Assembly (NCBI GenBank): GCA_043228905.1
Contig: JBHGNT010000007.1
Span: 16,740,001 to 16,804,000, forward strand
From: Azolla caroliniana
Lineage: Eukaryota; Plantae; Polypodiophyta
Direction of reading: 5' to 3'
DNA length: 64,000 nt
In this document: one piece after another, positions 22,755-36,549 of the stretch
Position numbering within the stretch: the stretch's first letter is position 1
Layout: each line of letters starts with the position of its first letter
Translations under genes and position numbers: made by a program
Notes under the pieces: model-generated
What the model was told of the DNA's origin: nothing
Database searches by the model: none
What the model saw: only the letters and a program-made list of their open reading frames with translations

Positions 22755-25700
22755 TTACTCTTCCGTTTGAATAAACGGATTTACCGGCATATCTCCCAAA
22801 TATGGTTTAAGCCGGAATCCATTTACCCATTTCGGTAAAACCTCTCCGGTTAATGATCCCAGCTGATACGTACCATTTTTACTATTAATTATCCATACTG
22901 GACCTGTCCATCTATACCGGAGTTTCCCAGGCATAAGTCCCATTCTCGTCTGGAATACCAATACCGGTTTCCCAATTTCGAATTGCTCTTCCGATTTCCT
23001 TCGATGTCGATTTACGAATGCCTTGATTTGTCTCTGCTTGTGTTCTAGTGCTGACATTGATTGAATCCGTTCTTCTTCTAATACTAATAAAGCCTCTTTG
23101 CGTATCTGCTCCGATTCTATCTCATTTAACTTATTCGTCGCTTGGATACGAAGTGTCGGAATTTGAAATTCGATCGGCATAACGGCTTCAAGTCCGAATG
23201 CCATTCGAAAAGGTGTTGATTTAATGGATGTTTTGTACGAAGTACGATATGCCCATAATGCACTATTTAACTTTTGATCCCAATCAGTACGATTTTCATT
23301 CACTATCTTCTTTAAAATTGTTTGAATTGTTTTATTTGTCGATTCTGCCAATCCATTAGCTTGGGGATAGTAAGGCGTACTTTTCTTATGAACTACGACA
23401 TAGTAATTGGTTAATTCGTTAATTAACTTGTTAATAAAATGAGTGCCTTGATCGCTTACCAATTCTATTGGGCAACCGAATCGACACCATATATTTTCAT
23501 ACAGGAATTTTGCTGTGGATGCTGCTGTATTGTCCCTGAGAGCTTTTGCTTCAACCCATTTTGTGCAATAGTCAGTCGCAATTATGATATATCGATTACC
23601 GGTTCTTGCAGCTGCTGGTTTGAATGGGCCAACAAAATCTAAGCCCCATTTCTGAAATGGCTCAAGAGGTAAAACCGGTTGAAAAGGCATTCGATCCTTT
23701 TCGGTCGGTTGCCCCATTCTTTGACACAAATCGCATTTCTTACAGTATTCGTTAGCATCTTTCATCACCGTTGGCCACCATAACCCGCTATTCCATATTT
23801 TTCTGGCTGTTGCTTCTCCTGCGTAATGACCGCCAGCAATTCCACAATGTGACTCTGTTAATATGGCTGATTTTTCAAATTTCCGTACTGCCCTTCGCCA
23901 TATTCCATCCGCTCCTTTATGATACAACATGTCATTAAACAAACAAAAATTTCGACTTCGTACTGCAATTCTTTTTCTTTCATCTGTCGACATGTGTTCG
24001 GCCGGAATTCTTGTTGATAGAAATATCGTCATTTCGGAAATCCATTCATCCTCTTTTCCCTCATTCACTTCTTGTGCTTTTACTGCCTCAACCCGAAATA
24101 ATTGAATATCTGGAAAATCATCTTTAACCCCAACTGCTTCTTCTCCAGACTCAAGCCGACTGAGATAGTCAGCAATCGCGTGCTGTGCTCCTGGTCGATG
24201 TATAATGTCGAATTCAAACTCTTGAAGCAATAACGTCCATCTGGCTAACTTGCCTGTCAATTCTTGTTTGGAAACTAGATACAGTAGAGCCGAATGATCC
24301 ACATGAAATGTAAATTTCTTACCCAAAAGGTAATGTCGAAATTTGTTCACACTATATATCATTCCCAAAGCTTCTCTTTCGGTTGTTGAATAGTTTCTTT
24401 CGGCCGACGAAAGTTTCCTACTGGCATAGTATACCGGCCTATACCAGTTTGGTTCGGATAATTGCATTAAAGCACTGCCTATGGCAATGTCCGACGCATC
24501 GACGAAAACATGAAATGGTTTGTTCCAGTCCGGTGGTTGAACTACCGGAACCTTTGTCAGCATCTTCTTGAGACATTCGTATGCATCTTGTTCTATACTT
24601 GTCCATATAAAAGGAACTTTGTGTACTGCTGTGTGTAACGGAATAGCAATGTCTGCTAGATATCTCATCATTCTACTGTGCCACCGAATTTGACCCAAAA
24701 ATCTACTTAGAGCTTTAGCATTTGTTGGTGGTGTTGCCTCAATAATTGCTTTAACTTTGTCTGGGTCCACTGCAATCCCTTCTTGACTGACAATATGCCC
24801 AAGTAACGTACCACTCATTACTCCGAATGCGCATTTGGCTGGATTTAAGCTAAGACGCCCTTTTCGACATTTTTCTAAACATAGCCGTAAATGCTCATTC
24901 GACATTTGAACCCATCCAAGAAACTATAAATTTCATGTCCCGCTACTGCATCTAATATCCCATCTGTGAATGGCAACAGAAACGCATCCGTAATTGTCGC
25001 TGCATTCAATTTTCTGTAATCCACACATACGCGAATTTTCCCATTCTTTTTCGGGACTACTACTATCGGACTCAGCCATGTTGATTTTTTGACGGGTCGA
25101 ATAAATCCTACTTTTAAGAGTTTATCGATTTCTTCTTTTACTTTGATAGCATAATTCGGATTCAACCTGTACCTGCGTTGTTGTACTGGCTTTGCATCTT
25201 TATGCAAATTGATTTGATGTTGACAAAAAGCAGGATCCAGACCTTTCATATCGTCAAACGACCATGCAAAAACATCTTTATATTGTAATAGTAATGTTGT
25301 TAATGTCCGTTTGTCATTTTCCGCCAAATCTCTAACAATCAAGACTGTTTTTCTTTCAGCATCCTCTACTCCTGCCAAATCGATCTCCTCCAATGCTGAG
25401 GCTTGCACTCTCTGAGATACCTTCATTTCCTTATCTGTAGCTTCTTGTTGCATTCGTATTTCTTTCATTGTTTGCTCATCTATTGGCACTTCTTCGTGTG
25501 AGTCTACATATGGTGTTAATGCTTGCAAAATATCTACCTCAAATAGAGGGATGATTTTCTGATTATCATTGAAATACTGACTTTCTTCTTCCTCGTCCAA
25601 TCCTTCCATCATATTAACTGCTTCTGCATGTACAGGTAAACTCTGTTTGCTTGTTGTCACTTTGTTGTGCGTCGGAATCCTGACCTTAGTTTTTCCTTTC

Positions 25701-28036
25701 CTAAATGTTAGCACATTTTGTTTCCAATTTTGTTTAATATTAGCTGTCTTTAACCATGGTCTCCCCAATAACAAGGGGTATGCTCCCTGTGTTTCTAACT
25801 GCAAAATTACTGCCGAAATCTGAAAACTGTGTCCCCCGATTATTACATCCAGTTGTCGAAGCAAACCAATCGGTCGTACCGTACTTGTATCTGCCATTCG
25901 TAACCAAAACGAACATGCTTCCCATTCCGTGATTCCCAGTTTTTCACATGTAGTTTTGTTAATCACATTAACACCCGAGCCTCCATCTATAATCACATTT
26001 CCGATTTCTTGCCCGTAAAGTATTACCTTAATCGACGGATTCTGTTCATCCATGATCGAAGGGTTATTACTTGGCTGATTGTAGTGTACTGCTATTTGTT
26101 CGGAACCTTTATATGCAATTAATGCTGCCACTTTTTCTGTAAACCTTGGTACTAACTTAAGTAAGCCCGTAAGTGGCAATGACACTTGGCAATCAGCCAA
26201 CAGTTTCCAAGTTTCTTCCTGTTCCTTATTCCCCAATGACTGTTGTATAGCGATGTCCTGGTCAATGTTATTGTCTTGTAACATTCGATTCACATTACTT
26301 TGATTTGCTTCGTCCACCCATTCTTTTGCCGCCTTCCGAACTTCTTCCTGAATTTCCCACTCTGATTGTTTGCTTTTGCTGTGTGTCGTTACTTGCTGAA
26401 CTTCCGGTATTACCATATTAACTGCTGGACCCTTTCCTTTAACCGGACATTGATTAGCATAATGGCCTAGTTGTCGACAAATATAACAAGTGGGTACAAA
26501 TGTTGCACTGGTCTCTCCATGTGCAAATTGGCCGTTATTAAATTGCTGCTCTTCATTACCACTCGGGTTTTGTTGGTATTGACGTGTAGGTTTTGGTTTG
26601 TAAAATCTCTTGTTTTTATACCGATTCTGCCTAAATTGTTCAGTATTATCATTTGGTTGTGCTATATTGTGTGGTATCCCGAACTCCTGATTTGGCGGAA
26701 AATTACTCTGTTGAAACATTTGATTATTTTGTGGAACGGTTTGAGTATTATGTTGAAAGGTCATATTACCCGGTTGAAATGCCGGACTTGGTTGAAATGT
26801 AGAATTTGGTTGCACATTCGGACAGTTCTGTTGAAACCCTTGAAATGGTGGGTTACCTTGTTGGAAACTTTGATTATTTTGTTGAAAATATTGATTCGGA
26901 TTCTGTACGAATGGTGGGTTGGATTGAGCAAAACCTGGTTGAAATGCTTGAGTCACTTGAGTGGGTTGCATATTTTGTTGTGAAAAGATCTGATTTGGCT
27001 GTAGAACCGGATTCTGTTGTGCATTTTGCTGATTTTGTGAAAAATTATTATTTTGATAACCATTGAACAGATTAGTGTTATTTTGGTAACCATTGTCAGT
27101 AAAAATTTGTCGTACTGACGCCGTAGTCTTATTAAGCAGATTATATTCACATTGTTCTACTGAATGTAATTTTGAATGACATATTGTACAATGTGTTCTT
27201 AACGTACATTCAATTGCCGAATGCCCCGTATTTAAACAAGTGGTGCATTGAACTGCTTGTCGAAATTGTAACTCCTCTATTGTTGGTAATGTACGGTGTA
27301 ATGCCAACATGTCCATACTCTGAACATTGACCGGTGGTCGACCCATTTCTATTGCTTTATCAATTACTTGTTCGATAGTCTGATTTCGAAAATCGAACAC
27401 TTTCAATGTCGTCCTTAATGGTTCTTTTACAGCTTCTAGAAAGACTTCTTTTAATTCCTTATCCGGAATCGGCCTTGAAATCTGAAGCTGTAAGTTCTGA
27501 AATCGTATCACAAACTGAGATACTGTTTCATTTTTTTCTTGATATAACGCATAAAATTGCGCAATCAAATCCTTCTGCGGAATTTGTTGATGAAATAATT
27601 GTAAAAATTTACTAGTTAACACTTCAAAGGATGGAAATCCTTGAAGACCGTTCTGCGCAAACCAATTGGCGGAATATCCGTCTAATGATAAGACGAACTC
27701 AGCGATTTTTGACTTATCTTCGGCATCTGCCGACAATCGCTGAGCTCCATGGTTAATCTCCCATGTCGTTAAGAAATCCCTAACATGTGCTTCCGCATCT
27801 GTTCCTTCCCGGAACTTAGAATAAGTATAAGGCATATCGTCCCAAATGTCGTAAAACGATAACTCTTCCGTCTGTTTTTCGTCTGAAGGTAATTGATCGG
27901 ATAAGTCAGGAAGTTTCGACCACTTTGTGCTTGATTCCGGCTGTTCTTGCGCAATGAACGCTTGCTGCACTACCTTCGTAACTGACCTTGTACGAGGGCG
28001 CTTACAACTGACCGGTGCCTCCTCTTCATACGACAT
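22755..28036 (-). pseudogene. Gypsy gag-pol of element C with the RT core deleted at ~24900
   Basis: Gag with 3 CCHC knuckles, PR IDGGSG, RT N-terminus to SFLDGF fused out of frame to EHLRLCL, RNase H VDAS, integrase GLDFVGP/SDQG/AES and WTGP. No chromodomain. Confidence 0.92.
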
Positions 28037-28071
28037 CCATTCGAATTGTTCTCTGCTTAATTGCAGATGTA

Positions 28072-28084
28072 ACCGGGCGTGCCA
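28072..28084 (-). promoter_or_regulatory. PBS (tRNA-Arg, likely TCT) of element C
   Basis: Minus strand TGGCACGCCCGGT, 11 nt from the 5' LTR end; tRNA identity recalled from the plant tRNA-Arg 3' end. Confidence 0.8.
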
Positions 28085-28636
28085 AAATTCTTCTGTGTTA
28101 ATCGGCTAATTACTAACTACTACCGATACAGAAGAGTGAACGTCGCTACTCAACGTTCTAACAAGGAATTGTGTTTTACGAACGGAATTATACTATATTA
28201 ATTGGTAATTACCGTGATCGTTACTTAGTTATAAATTAGGAAGCTTGCACTTAAGAACATAGACAATAGAAAGAACACAAAATCCGTACAGGATATTCCT
28301 AACTTAAACTTATATTACTAAATAAAACGACCTTTCTTACAATGCCTTCGGTTCCCTTTTATAGGTATACCGAAGGTCTTTTCTCATCAAGAACTATTCC
28401 TACTTACTATCAAGAATTACAAAATTATCTAACTAACTTAGTTCTCTTCGTTTACTGCTGAGTCATTGATCCGAACAGTCGATCCGAACCGACTCCGTTT
28501 TCGACGCTTTCCCACTTGTTCGGTAAAACTGACTGTCCGGGTCCGGGTAACATTGTCGGAGATTATTCTGCGTATTAAACGACAAATTGGTATCAGAGTG
28601 AAACGACACAGAAAAATAATCGATTCGTTGGGAGGC

Positions 28637-31600
28637 ATGTTCAAGCTCACCAGCTCGAACTATTCCGTGTGGAAGTCGAAGATGAGGGACATGCTTGTGG
28701 TTAAATATCTTTGGTTGCCGGTTCAGTTTGGGGACAAGAGACTGGACAAAATCGATGCCACGATATGGGAGGTGATGCACATGAAGACAACGACGTACAT
28801 ACGGTGCTTCATTGACATGAGTCTATACAACAACTTTAATGAAGAGAGCAAGGCTCGTGAGCTCTGGGAGAAGATCGACATTATGTTTCAGAACAAAAAT
28901 GCTATTAATCAGGTTTCGGTATTTCGGAAGCTAGTAAGACTCCGGTACCAAGATGGCTCTAGCATGGCGGAGCACATGAATGCCTTCTAGGCGCTGATTC
29001 ACCAGGAAACATCATTGGAAGTACCTCTTGCCGATGAGGTACTAGCACTACTCCTGCTCGGTTCCCTCCTAGATAGCTAGGGGACGTTGGTTGTCACTTT
29101 GGGCAACGCCGGGACGGAAGGGAAACAGTTATCCCTAGCAAGAGTGAAGTCGAGCTTGCTAGATGAGGAAGCGCGTCGGAAAGATAAGGATACGAGCTCC
29201 GACTCCAAAGCGCTCCTTACCGAATCGGAATGCGGAAGACAAAGGAACTGTAGTCCCCATAACCGGGAAAAGTCGGGGACATGGTCAAAGTCAAGGGGGA
29301 GGCTTACCTGCTTCTATTGCGGCAATCCGGGACACTTCCAGAAGAATTGTCGGCACTTCCGAAAAGACAAGGAAACCGATGGTACCGATTCGAAGTGGAC
29401 ACCGGACCGGAACGGTAAAGACCGGAGGGGAACAGACCGGAAGGGAACGACGGCAATCGCGGCACGTGAAGAAGAGTTGATGCTCTTCACCGAGGAGAGT
29501 GAGTTGAACCTTGCCGGCGACGAGACAACGTGGGTTGTTGAACCCAAGAATCTCCGAAAAATGCTACAACTTGTCTGATTTGAGTGGCTTGGTGAAGATG
29601 TTGGCAACCTGTCGATCCGTTCGAACATACCGAAGTTCGACTTCACCGCTTAGGACCCGCTCGTGCACTTCTATGTGCTTTGTGCAAGCATGGAACACAA
29701 TAGATCGGGATCGGAGTTGGTACTTCCATCCAGAGGTCTTGTAGCAACCGTTGAAGCCATATGGCTTCACATGTGGCAACGATAGTGCCCCGCATCACCG
29801 GCCCAGTCAGCATCGGTATAACCAACGAGTTCCACCTTACCCCGGACCATAAATGCTTCTCATCCTACACAGCCGGTGATCACGGTTGTGTCCAGATGGG
29901 GAATGAAGGTACATGCCGAATTGTCGGCATAGAAGACGTGTGGCTGATAACACCAACCGGATGCAAGCAGTTGCTGAAGGATGTCCGACACGTTCCGGAG
30001 GTTCGATTGAACCTGATATCAGCCGGCCGGCTAGATGATGAAGGCTACACGGGTAGCATCCGGAACGGAGTCATGAAATTCAGCAAAGGGAGCATGATAG
30101 TGGCTCGGGCCCGGAAGGTCAACACGTTGTACCTGATGAATGCTCGGTTATGCCCGGAAGAAGTGAACGTGGCTTCTAACACTATCGGTGAGCTGTGGCA
30201 CAAGAGGCTGTGTCACATGAGTGAGAAGGGGATGAAGAGGCTTGCAGACGACAACCTCATTCCACTGAAGAACGTGCACTTGGAGAAGTGCACTGATTGT
30301 CTGGCCGGTAAGCAAAACCAGACCTCCTTCCGACCAAGGGCACTGATGAGACGTAATGCACCACTGGAGTTGGTGCATACTGATGTGTGTCAAGTGGACA
30401 TGAAGTCACATGCCGGATCGCAGTACTTCGTGACGTTCATAGATGACCACAGCCGGAAGTTGTGGGCCACACCGTTGAAGACAAAGGATCAGGTGTTATC
30501 CGTCTTCAAAGAGCTCCACGTGAGAGTGGAAAGAGAAACCGGCCGGAAACTGAAGGCGGTTCGAGTGGATAACGAAGGAGAATACCGGGGGCAATTCGAG
30601 GAGTACTGCCGCTCGAAGGGAATCCGGCTCGAATTTACCGTGCCGAAGACGCCGGAACTAAACGGGCTGGCCGAGAGGATGAACCGGACCATAATGGAGA
30701 GGGTCTAGAGTATGTTGGCACATGCCAAATTACCCAAGAAGTTTTGGGCTGAGGCACCGTCGACGACGACATACGTGATAAACAGATCACCCTCAGTACC
30801 CTTGGATGTAGACATGCCACAAGGAGTATGGACCGGTAAGGAAGTGTCCTACCGACATCTGAAGGTGTTCGGGTGTCTCGCGTACGTGCATGTAGCTAAG
30901 GACCGGAGAGGAAAGTTCGATCCAAAGACCCGACCATGCATATTCCTCAGTTACGGCGATGATGAGTTCGGCTACCGAGTGTGGGACCTGGCCGACAAGA
31001 AGGTATTCCGGAGTTGAGATATTATCTTCATGGAGGACAAGGCGCTCGCCGACTGGGAGTCGGAGAAGAAGATAATGAACTCCGAGTCGACCGGTAAGGA
31101 TTGATTCTACGATGACCAGACCCAACCGGCAAGAGACCGGTTAGCACTCGATGAACCGGCCGGTGACGGTAAGGAGACAAGACAAGCCGAAGAAGAAGGA
31201 ATAGGTGAAACCGGAACTGGCCAAGACCCCGAATCGGATTCGGATGAAGAACAAATACAGGAGCCAGTTGTCGAAAGCCAAAGACAAAGATATCCTCTCA
31301 GAGAGAGAAGGGCCCCCCTAGAGATTTCCAGATGCAGAGCATGTGCTGCTAACCGATGAGGGGGAGCCAGAAAGCTTCGAGGAAGCTAAAAGTCACGCCC
31401 ATAGTCGCAAATGGTTAAGTGCCATGCAGGATGAGATGGATTCCCTGCATGAGAACCATACGTACGAATTGGTGGAGTTTCTGAAAGGAAAGCGGGCACT
31501 CCGAAACAAGTGGGTGTACAAGTCGAAACCGGGAGATGCCGGCAACCCCTCGAGATACAAAGCCAGGATCATGGTGAAGGGGTTCCAGCAGAAGAAGGGC

Positions 31601-32138
31601 GTGGACTTCGACGAGATATTTGCCCCGGTAGTAAAGATGACCTCCATCTGGACGCTGCTGAGTATAGCGGCAAGCATGGACCTCGAGGTACAGCTGCTGG
31701 ACGTGAAGACGGCATGGCATTCCTTCACGATGACCTCGAAGAGGAGATCTACATGCAACAACTAGAAGGATTCGTGGAGAAAGGGAAGGAGCACCTGGTT
31801 TGCCGGTTGAAGAAGAGCCTGTACGGACTGAAGCAGGCTCCCCAACATTGGTACCGGAAGTTCGACTCCTTCATGACCGATCAAGGGTACCACAAGACGC
31901 AGGCCGATCACTACGTGTTTGTGAAGAAGTTCGAAGGAGGCGACTTCCTGATACTCCTTATGTACGTGGATGACATGTTGATCGTTGGAGGGGACCAAGC
32001 CAAAATACGAATGCTGAAGAAGGCTCTCAACCGAACTTTCGCAATGAAAGACTTGGGTCCGGCAAGACAGATGCTGGGGATGTATATCATCTGGGACCGA
32101 CCAAAGAAGCAATTGTGGTTGTCACAGGAGAAGTACGT
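28637..32138 (+). pseudogene. Copia A gag-PR-IN-RT (5' part), multiple stops
   Basis: MFKLTSSNY, CFYCGNPGHFQKNC, HTDVC, DNEGE and MYVDDML; cut at QEKYV by element D. Confidence 0.92.
29542..29829 (-). pseudogene. Inverted, internally deleted RNase H fragment from a different copia family
   Basis: Minus strand gives GYTDADWAGD / ATCEAIWLQRLL / VFHACTKHIEVH / QVANIFTKPL. It sits between TWVV and FHLTP of the A protease. Confidence 0.85.
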
Positions 32139-32848
32139 TGTCGAGGTATTCCTCGCGGATGCGTGGAGTGAGGCGGGACCTCGGGGGTCCTGTACCGAAG
32201 AGTAAGAGAGAAAGAGAAGAGACCCACTACGTGCGATCGTAGATTCACAGGGACACGGACCTTCGACGCAAGACGCGAGTGGGATAGCGACACAGAAAGA
32301 CACGAAAGTATGTATGTATTGACAAGACAAACAACAAGAACACGAAGACAACAAACATGAAGTCGGTTACAACCGAACAGGCCGGCGAACAGATGCCGAT
32401 ACCTGCTCGTAAACGCACAGAGGGGAAAGAGTAGGTTGGAGGTGCTGCCGGAAGCACTCGGGCATTCCTCAGAGCAGCGCGAGCCTCCCGAAACCTGCAC
32501 AGAAGGAAGCTATGGCGTTTGCAACCGGAAAGAGAGAGAGAGAGAGAAGCCTTCGCACGCAAACCGACATCACTTCGTCCTCGACTCTCCGCGATCCCTC
32601 TACCCTCCTCGTCTCCCTCCTTTTATAGGCAAAGAAGGAGCCGTTTCCCCTTTACTCCTTACCTACAGAATCTACCTAGGATCTCCTATGTACAACTTAA
32701 GGCGCACGTGCATGAAGAGTCGGTTTCTACGCTCCGGTGCACCGATTCCGCTCGTGGACGGTTTTCTTCACGACATCCGCCCCCACCTAACCGCGCATCC
32801 ACCGGCATGCGCCAAATTGTGTTGGGACGAAGAAAACCGGTCTAGCCT

Positions 32849-35207
32849 TCATTCCCTGCCCGTCGGTTCTTCCTCGGTTTCGGATCGTTCGTCGTCCCGG
32901 TCCAGGTTAACCGGATCCGGCTCGTCGTCGTGACGCTTCTTGAACGCTTTGATCCGTTTCCCAGCTACCGGTATCGCCACTCTCGTGCCGTTGAGTTCCG
33001 CCAGATGGTACGTCCCGTTGTCGTTGGCGCTTTGTACCACGTAAGGCCCGAACCACCTTCTTGCGAACTTCCGCATCGCTCGGTGCTGGTTGTCGAGGCT
33101 GCTGTCGTAGACTAGCACCCAGTCGCCTTCCTCGATCTTCTTCGGTCGGAGCCGGTGTGTTCGGTCGAACCGGGCTTTGTTCCTCATCCTTGCTTCCTGA
33201 AGCTTTTCCGCAGCCTGCTCCACGTCCTCCGGTCTCCGCTCGAGCTGTCGTATGCGCGCCGTCAACAGTTCCTCCCGGCTCATCTCGTCTCTCCAGTCCA
33301 CGGTTGCCCATGAGGAGATCGTGCGTTCCATCGGCATGATCGGCTTCTGCCCAAACATCAGCTCTGCCGGCATGAATCCGGTTACCGAACTGTGCGTAGT
33401 TCGGTCCGCCCACAACGCGTAAGGCAACAGCCGTGACCAGTTCCCGACTTGACCTCCGCATGCCCGAACCAACGCCTTGACGATCGGTCCGTGTCCGCGC
33501 TCCACCTTCCCATTCGCCTCCGGATTGTATGCAGTGGTAAGCGAGAGCTTGACTCCTAGCCGGTCTAACAGGTCCTCGGCCTCTTCGGCGTCCAACTCCC
33601 CACGATCAGCCACGATCTTCCCGACGCACCCGTACCGGCATATCACGTCCTCAATCAGGAACCGACATACGGCCGCGGTTGATTTGTTCTGAAGGCCTCG
33701 GCCTTCTACCTGGTTGGTCAGATCTTCCCGAGCCAGGACCAGATATCGCATCTGTCCTACTCCCATTGGCATCGTCACCAGATCTACCATCCACTTGAAG
33801 TGGATGGTCGGAGGGTACGTAGGGTGAAGTTCGTCCCGATGTCGGACTATGGAGTGCATCTGACAGCTCTCGCAAGTTGTCACGAATCGATGCACGTCCC
33901 GGTACAGTCCCGACCACCAGTACTTCCCCTTTATCTTCTCGAACGTGGCCCAGGTTCCACGGTGTCCGGCCCAAGGGCTGTCGTGGTAGGCCGTCAGCAG
34001 CTCCTTCATCGCCACCACCCGGAGCGGAGCGCCGTCCCTCTTCTTCGGGTGCTTCCACAAGTATCCGTCCCGGAGAAAGAATCGGTAAGCTTTCTTCCGG
34101 ATCCGGTTGGCCTCATCCTTTGTCCATGACACATCCGGCGTCATTGTCCTCAAGAATCCACCGATCTGGAGCCACTCGCCGTCGTACTTGCTCTCGTCGA
34201 AGTCGTCAAGTGCCGGAGTGCTCGTCCCATCGGTCGTCACGTACGCCGCCTCGAAGAAGTCCACGCCGACTTCTTCGTCCTCCGAAACCATGCCGCCCTC
34301 GTCATCAAACCTCGCCCTCGAAAGCATGTCGGCCATGGCGTTGTCCTTTCCGGAAATGTGTCGTATCTCTGGGTCCAGGGACTTGATGTACGCTATCCAC
34401 ATGAGCATCGCCAGGTCCGGTGTCGCGCATCCGGAAACCATGCCGAGAATCGGCAGGCAGTCCGTCTCGATAACCGCTTCTGTCCCGATCAGGTAATCTT
34501 TGTCGGCCTTTACTGCCGAAACGATACCCCAGAGTTCGCGTTTAACCTAGGCGTATCCTCGTTGTCGTTCACTGAGGACCTTAGCGCCGAATCGGATCGG
34601 GAATCGGGTGCCGTCCCCGTCTTCTTGGTTGACGACCCATCCGATCCCGGTCGGACTCGTGTCCACCGTTATGTATACCGGGGTACCCTTCTCGTAGACA
34701 GCCTTTCGGAGCGCCGGTGCTGCCGCAAGAGCTTCCTTCAGCTTCCAGACCGACTCCGTGTGCTCGTCTCGCCACTCGAATTTTCACCCTTTCTTCAGCA
34801 ACCCGTATAGCGACTCCGCAACGTGGGCGTAATGTGGGATCCATATGTGGTAGAATGCGCATGCCCCCAGGAACCTCCGAACTTCTGTAACCGAGCTACA
34901 ATCGGTCTTCATCGCGGAGATGGCTTCTACCTTTGCCGGAGACGGCTTCCGACCATAAGGTCCACATAGGTGTCCGACCACCAGGATTTCCAATTGCCCG
35001 AAGGCCGATTTCTCCCCGGAGAAGGTGAGCCTCGCATTCTCCATCCTCTGTAGCACCTTCTCGCAGTCGTCGATGTGTGTTGCTACGAATCGCCGGCATC
35101 CGTCCGGCCCGAGTGTCTCGTCCTTCTCTTCCACCGGGCACCTCTTTATGGGGATGTCGTCTAGAAACGGCATGGTGATGTCCGGGTTGCCATCCCTCAG
35201 TACTTTG
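32849..35207 (-). pseudogene. Element D pol, 3' part (RT FLDD, RNase H, integrase)
   Basis: MPFLDDIP, VDTSP, HHCC, MVDLV/ADRGE/VERG and WFGPY; frameshift near 34786 and stop near 34548. Confidence 0.92.
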
Positions 35208-35274
35208 TGTTGGGATTTCGGTCCCTCCGGATGGGATGTCCGGAGATGAACGACGGCAAGCCCGGTTGCGGTTA

Positions 35275-35465
35275 CGGAACCGGATGATGAAGAGTACCCG
35301 GCATGAAGCCGGATGAAGAGACCCCGACTACGGGGCCGGATGCTGTAGACTCCGGCTACGGAGCCGGATGCTGAAGACTCCGGCTACGGAGCCGGATGCT
35401 GAAGACTCCGGCTACGGAGCCGGATGATGAAGACCCCGGCTACGGAGCCGGATGACGAATGTACC
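35275..35465 (+). repeat. 28-bp tandem repeats in the H LTR (also ~52605-52765)
   Basis: Unit GCCGGATGCTGAAGACTCCGGCTACGGA. Confidence 0.93.
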
Positions 35466-36549
35466 CGGAGAGAGATCCGGATGCGGGGACATATTTGTGA
35501 ATATGTTTGCCAAGAGCCCTTGAGGCTATATTTGTAAATAGCCCGAAAGTCATATGTGTATAAATATGACTTAGGGCAAACAGTTTAAAAGTTGTTGCTC
35601 ATTTTTCATGCGAAGTGAGAGCAACCGAGAGAGAGAAAGAGAGAGAGACGAAGAGGTCGTTGCCTCTGTGTATTACCGCCGCCTGTGGCGAAGACAATGA
35701 GCTCAAGGTTGTTGCCTTGTAGCTTCACCATTGTACACCTCTGTTTATAGTGATAGTTGGAGTTTGAGGACTCCCGTGGTTTTTCCCATTTAGGGTTTTC
35801 CACGTAAAACATCCTGTGTACCTTTCTCTCAGTTGTCTTCGTGCATATTGTATTTCCCGTTTTCTGTGAGTTGATCTTATTCATCGGTTGTGGACGAGCA
35901 CTGATTTTCAACAAATTGGTATCAGAGCGACGGTAACACAGAAAATGGAAGGCGGCGGTGTCGCGAAAATACGACAAGGATACGCGAACTTTGAGGCAGG
36001 ACCCCGGGGCCTCCGACCAGAAGATATCGGATTCGTATGATTATATTAAACAATTAATGCAAAATGATAAAGATTCACAAATTTCATTAATAAAGGGAAA
36101 AGAAATTACAATATGTCCCAAGATTGGGATTTAGAAGTTTTAGGTTTACTAAGATTAATAGAAAAGAAAAATTAGGGGTTTTGGTAGATATGGCTTCCGT
36201 AGGGAAGATTAGGATTCGGTTCTATGAGTATTATGGCTTCCTAAGATAAGGGAGTTGAGAAGAAAATTAAGATAATATGGAGAGTCTATTCTTGTCTAGG
36301 AAAAAAAAAAATGGAATAAAAATGGAGTTCTCTCTTGATCATAGCCTTTTCACTTTTTGTTGCATGGCCTCTATTTTTAGTTGCCTAGCTTTTTCTTTTG
36401 GTTGCATGTGATTGTCCACATGACCTTTACTTTTTCCATGCACTCCCTTCTTTAGTTGCTTGCGTCCACATGGCCTTTACTTTAGTTCTCTTCACTTTAC
36501 TTTAGTTTGTTGCATGATCCAATCTTTCGTCCGTCCGCGTCCAACATCG

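Larger units (their letters stand above)
13915..28552 (-). mobile_element. Ty3/gypsy non-chromovirus element C, inserted in the A 5' LTR
   Basis: 457-bp TG...CA LTRs at 13915-14371 and 28096-28552 (~3 differences). TSD TTGCC/TTGTC; the empty site TTGCC is visible in the A 3' LTR. Domain order PR-RT-RH-IN. Confidence 0.95.
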
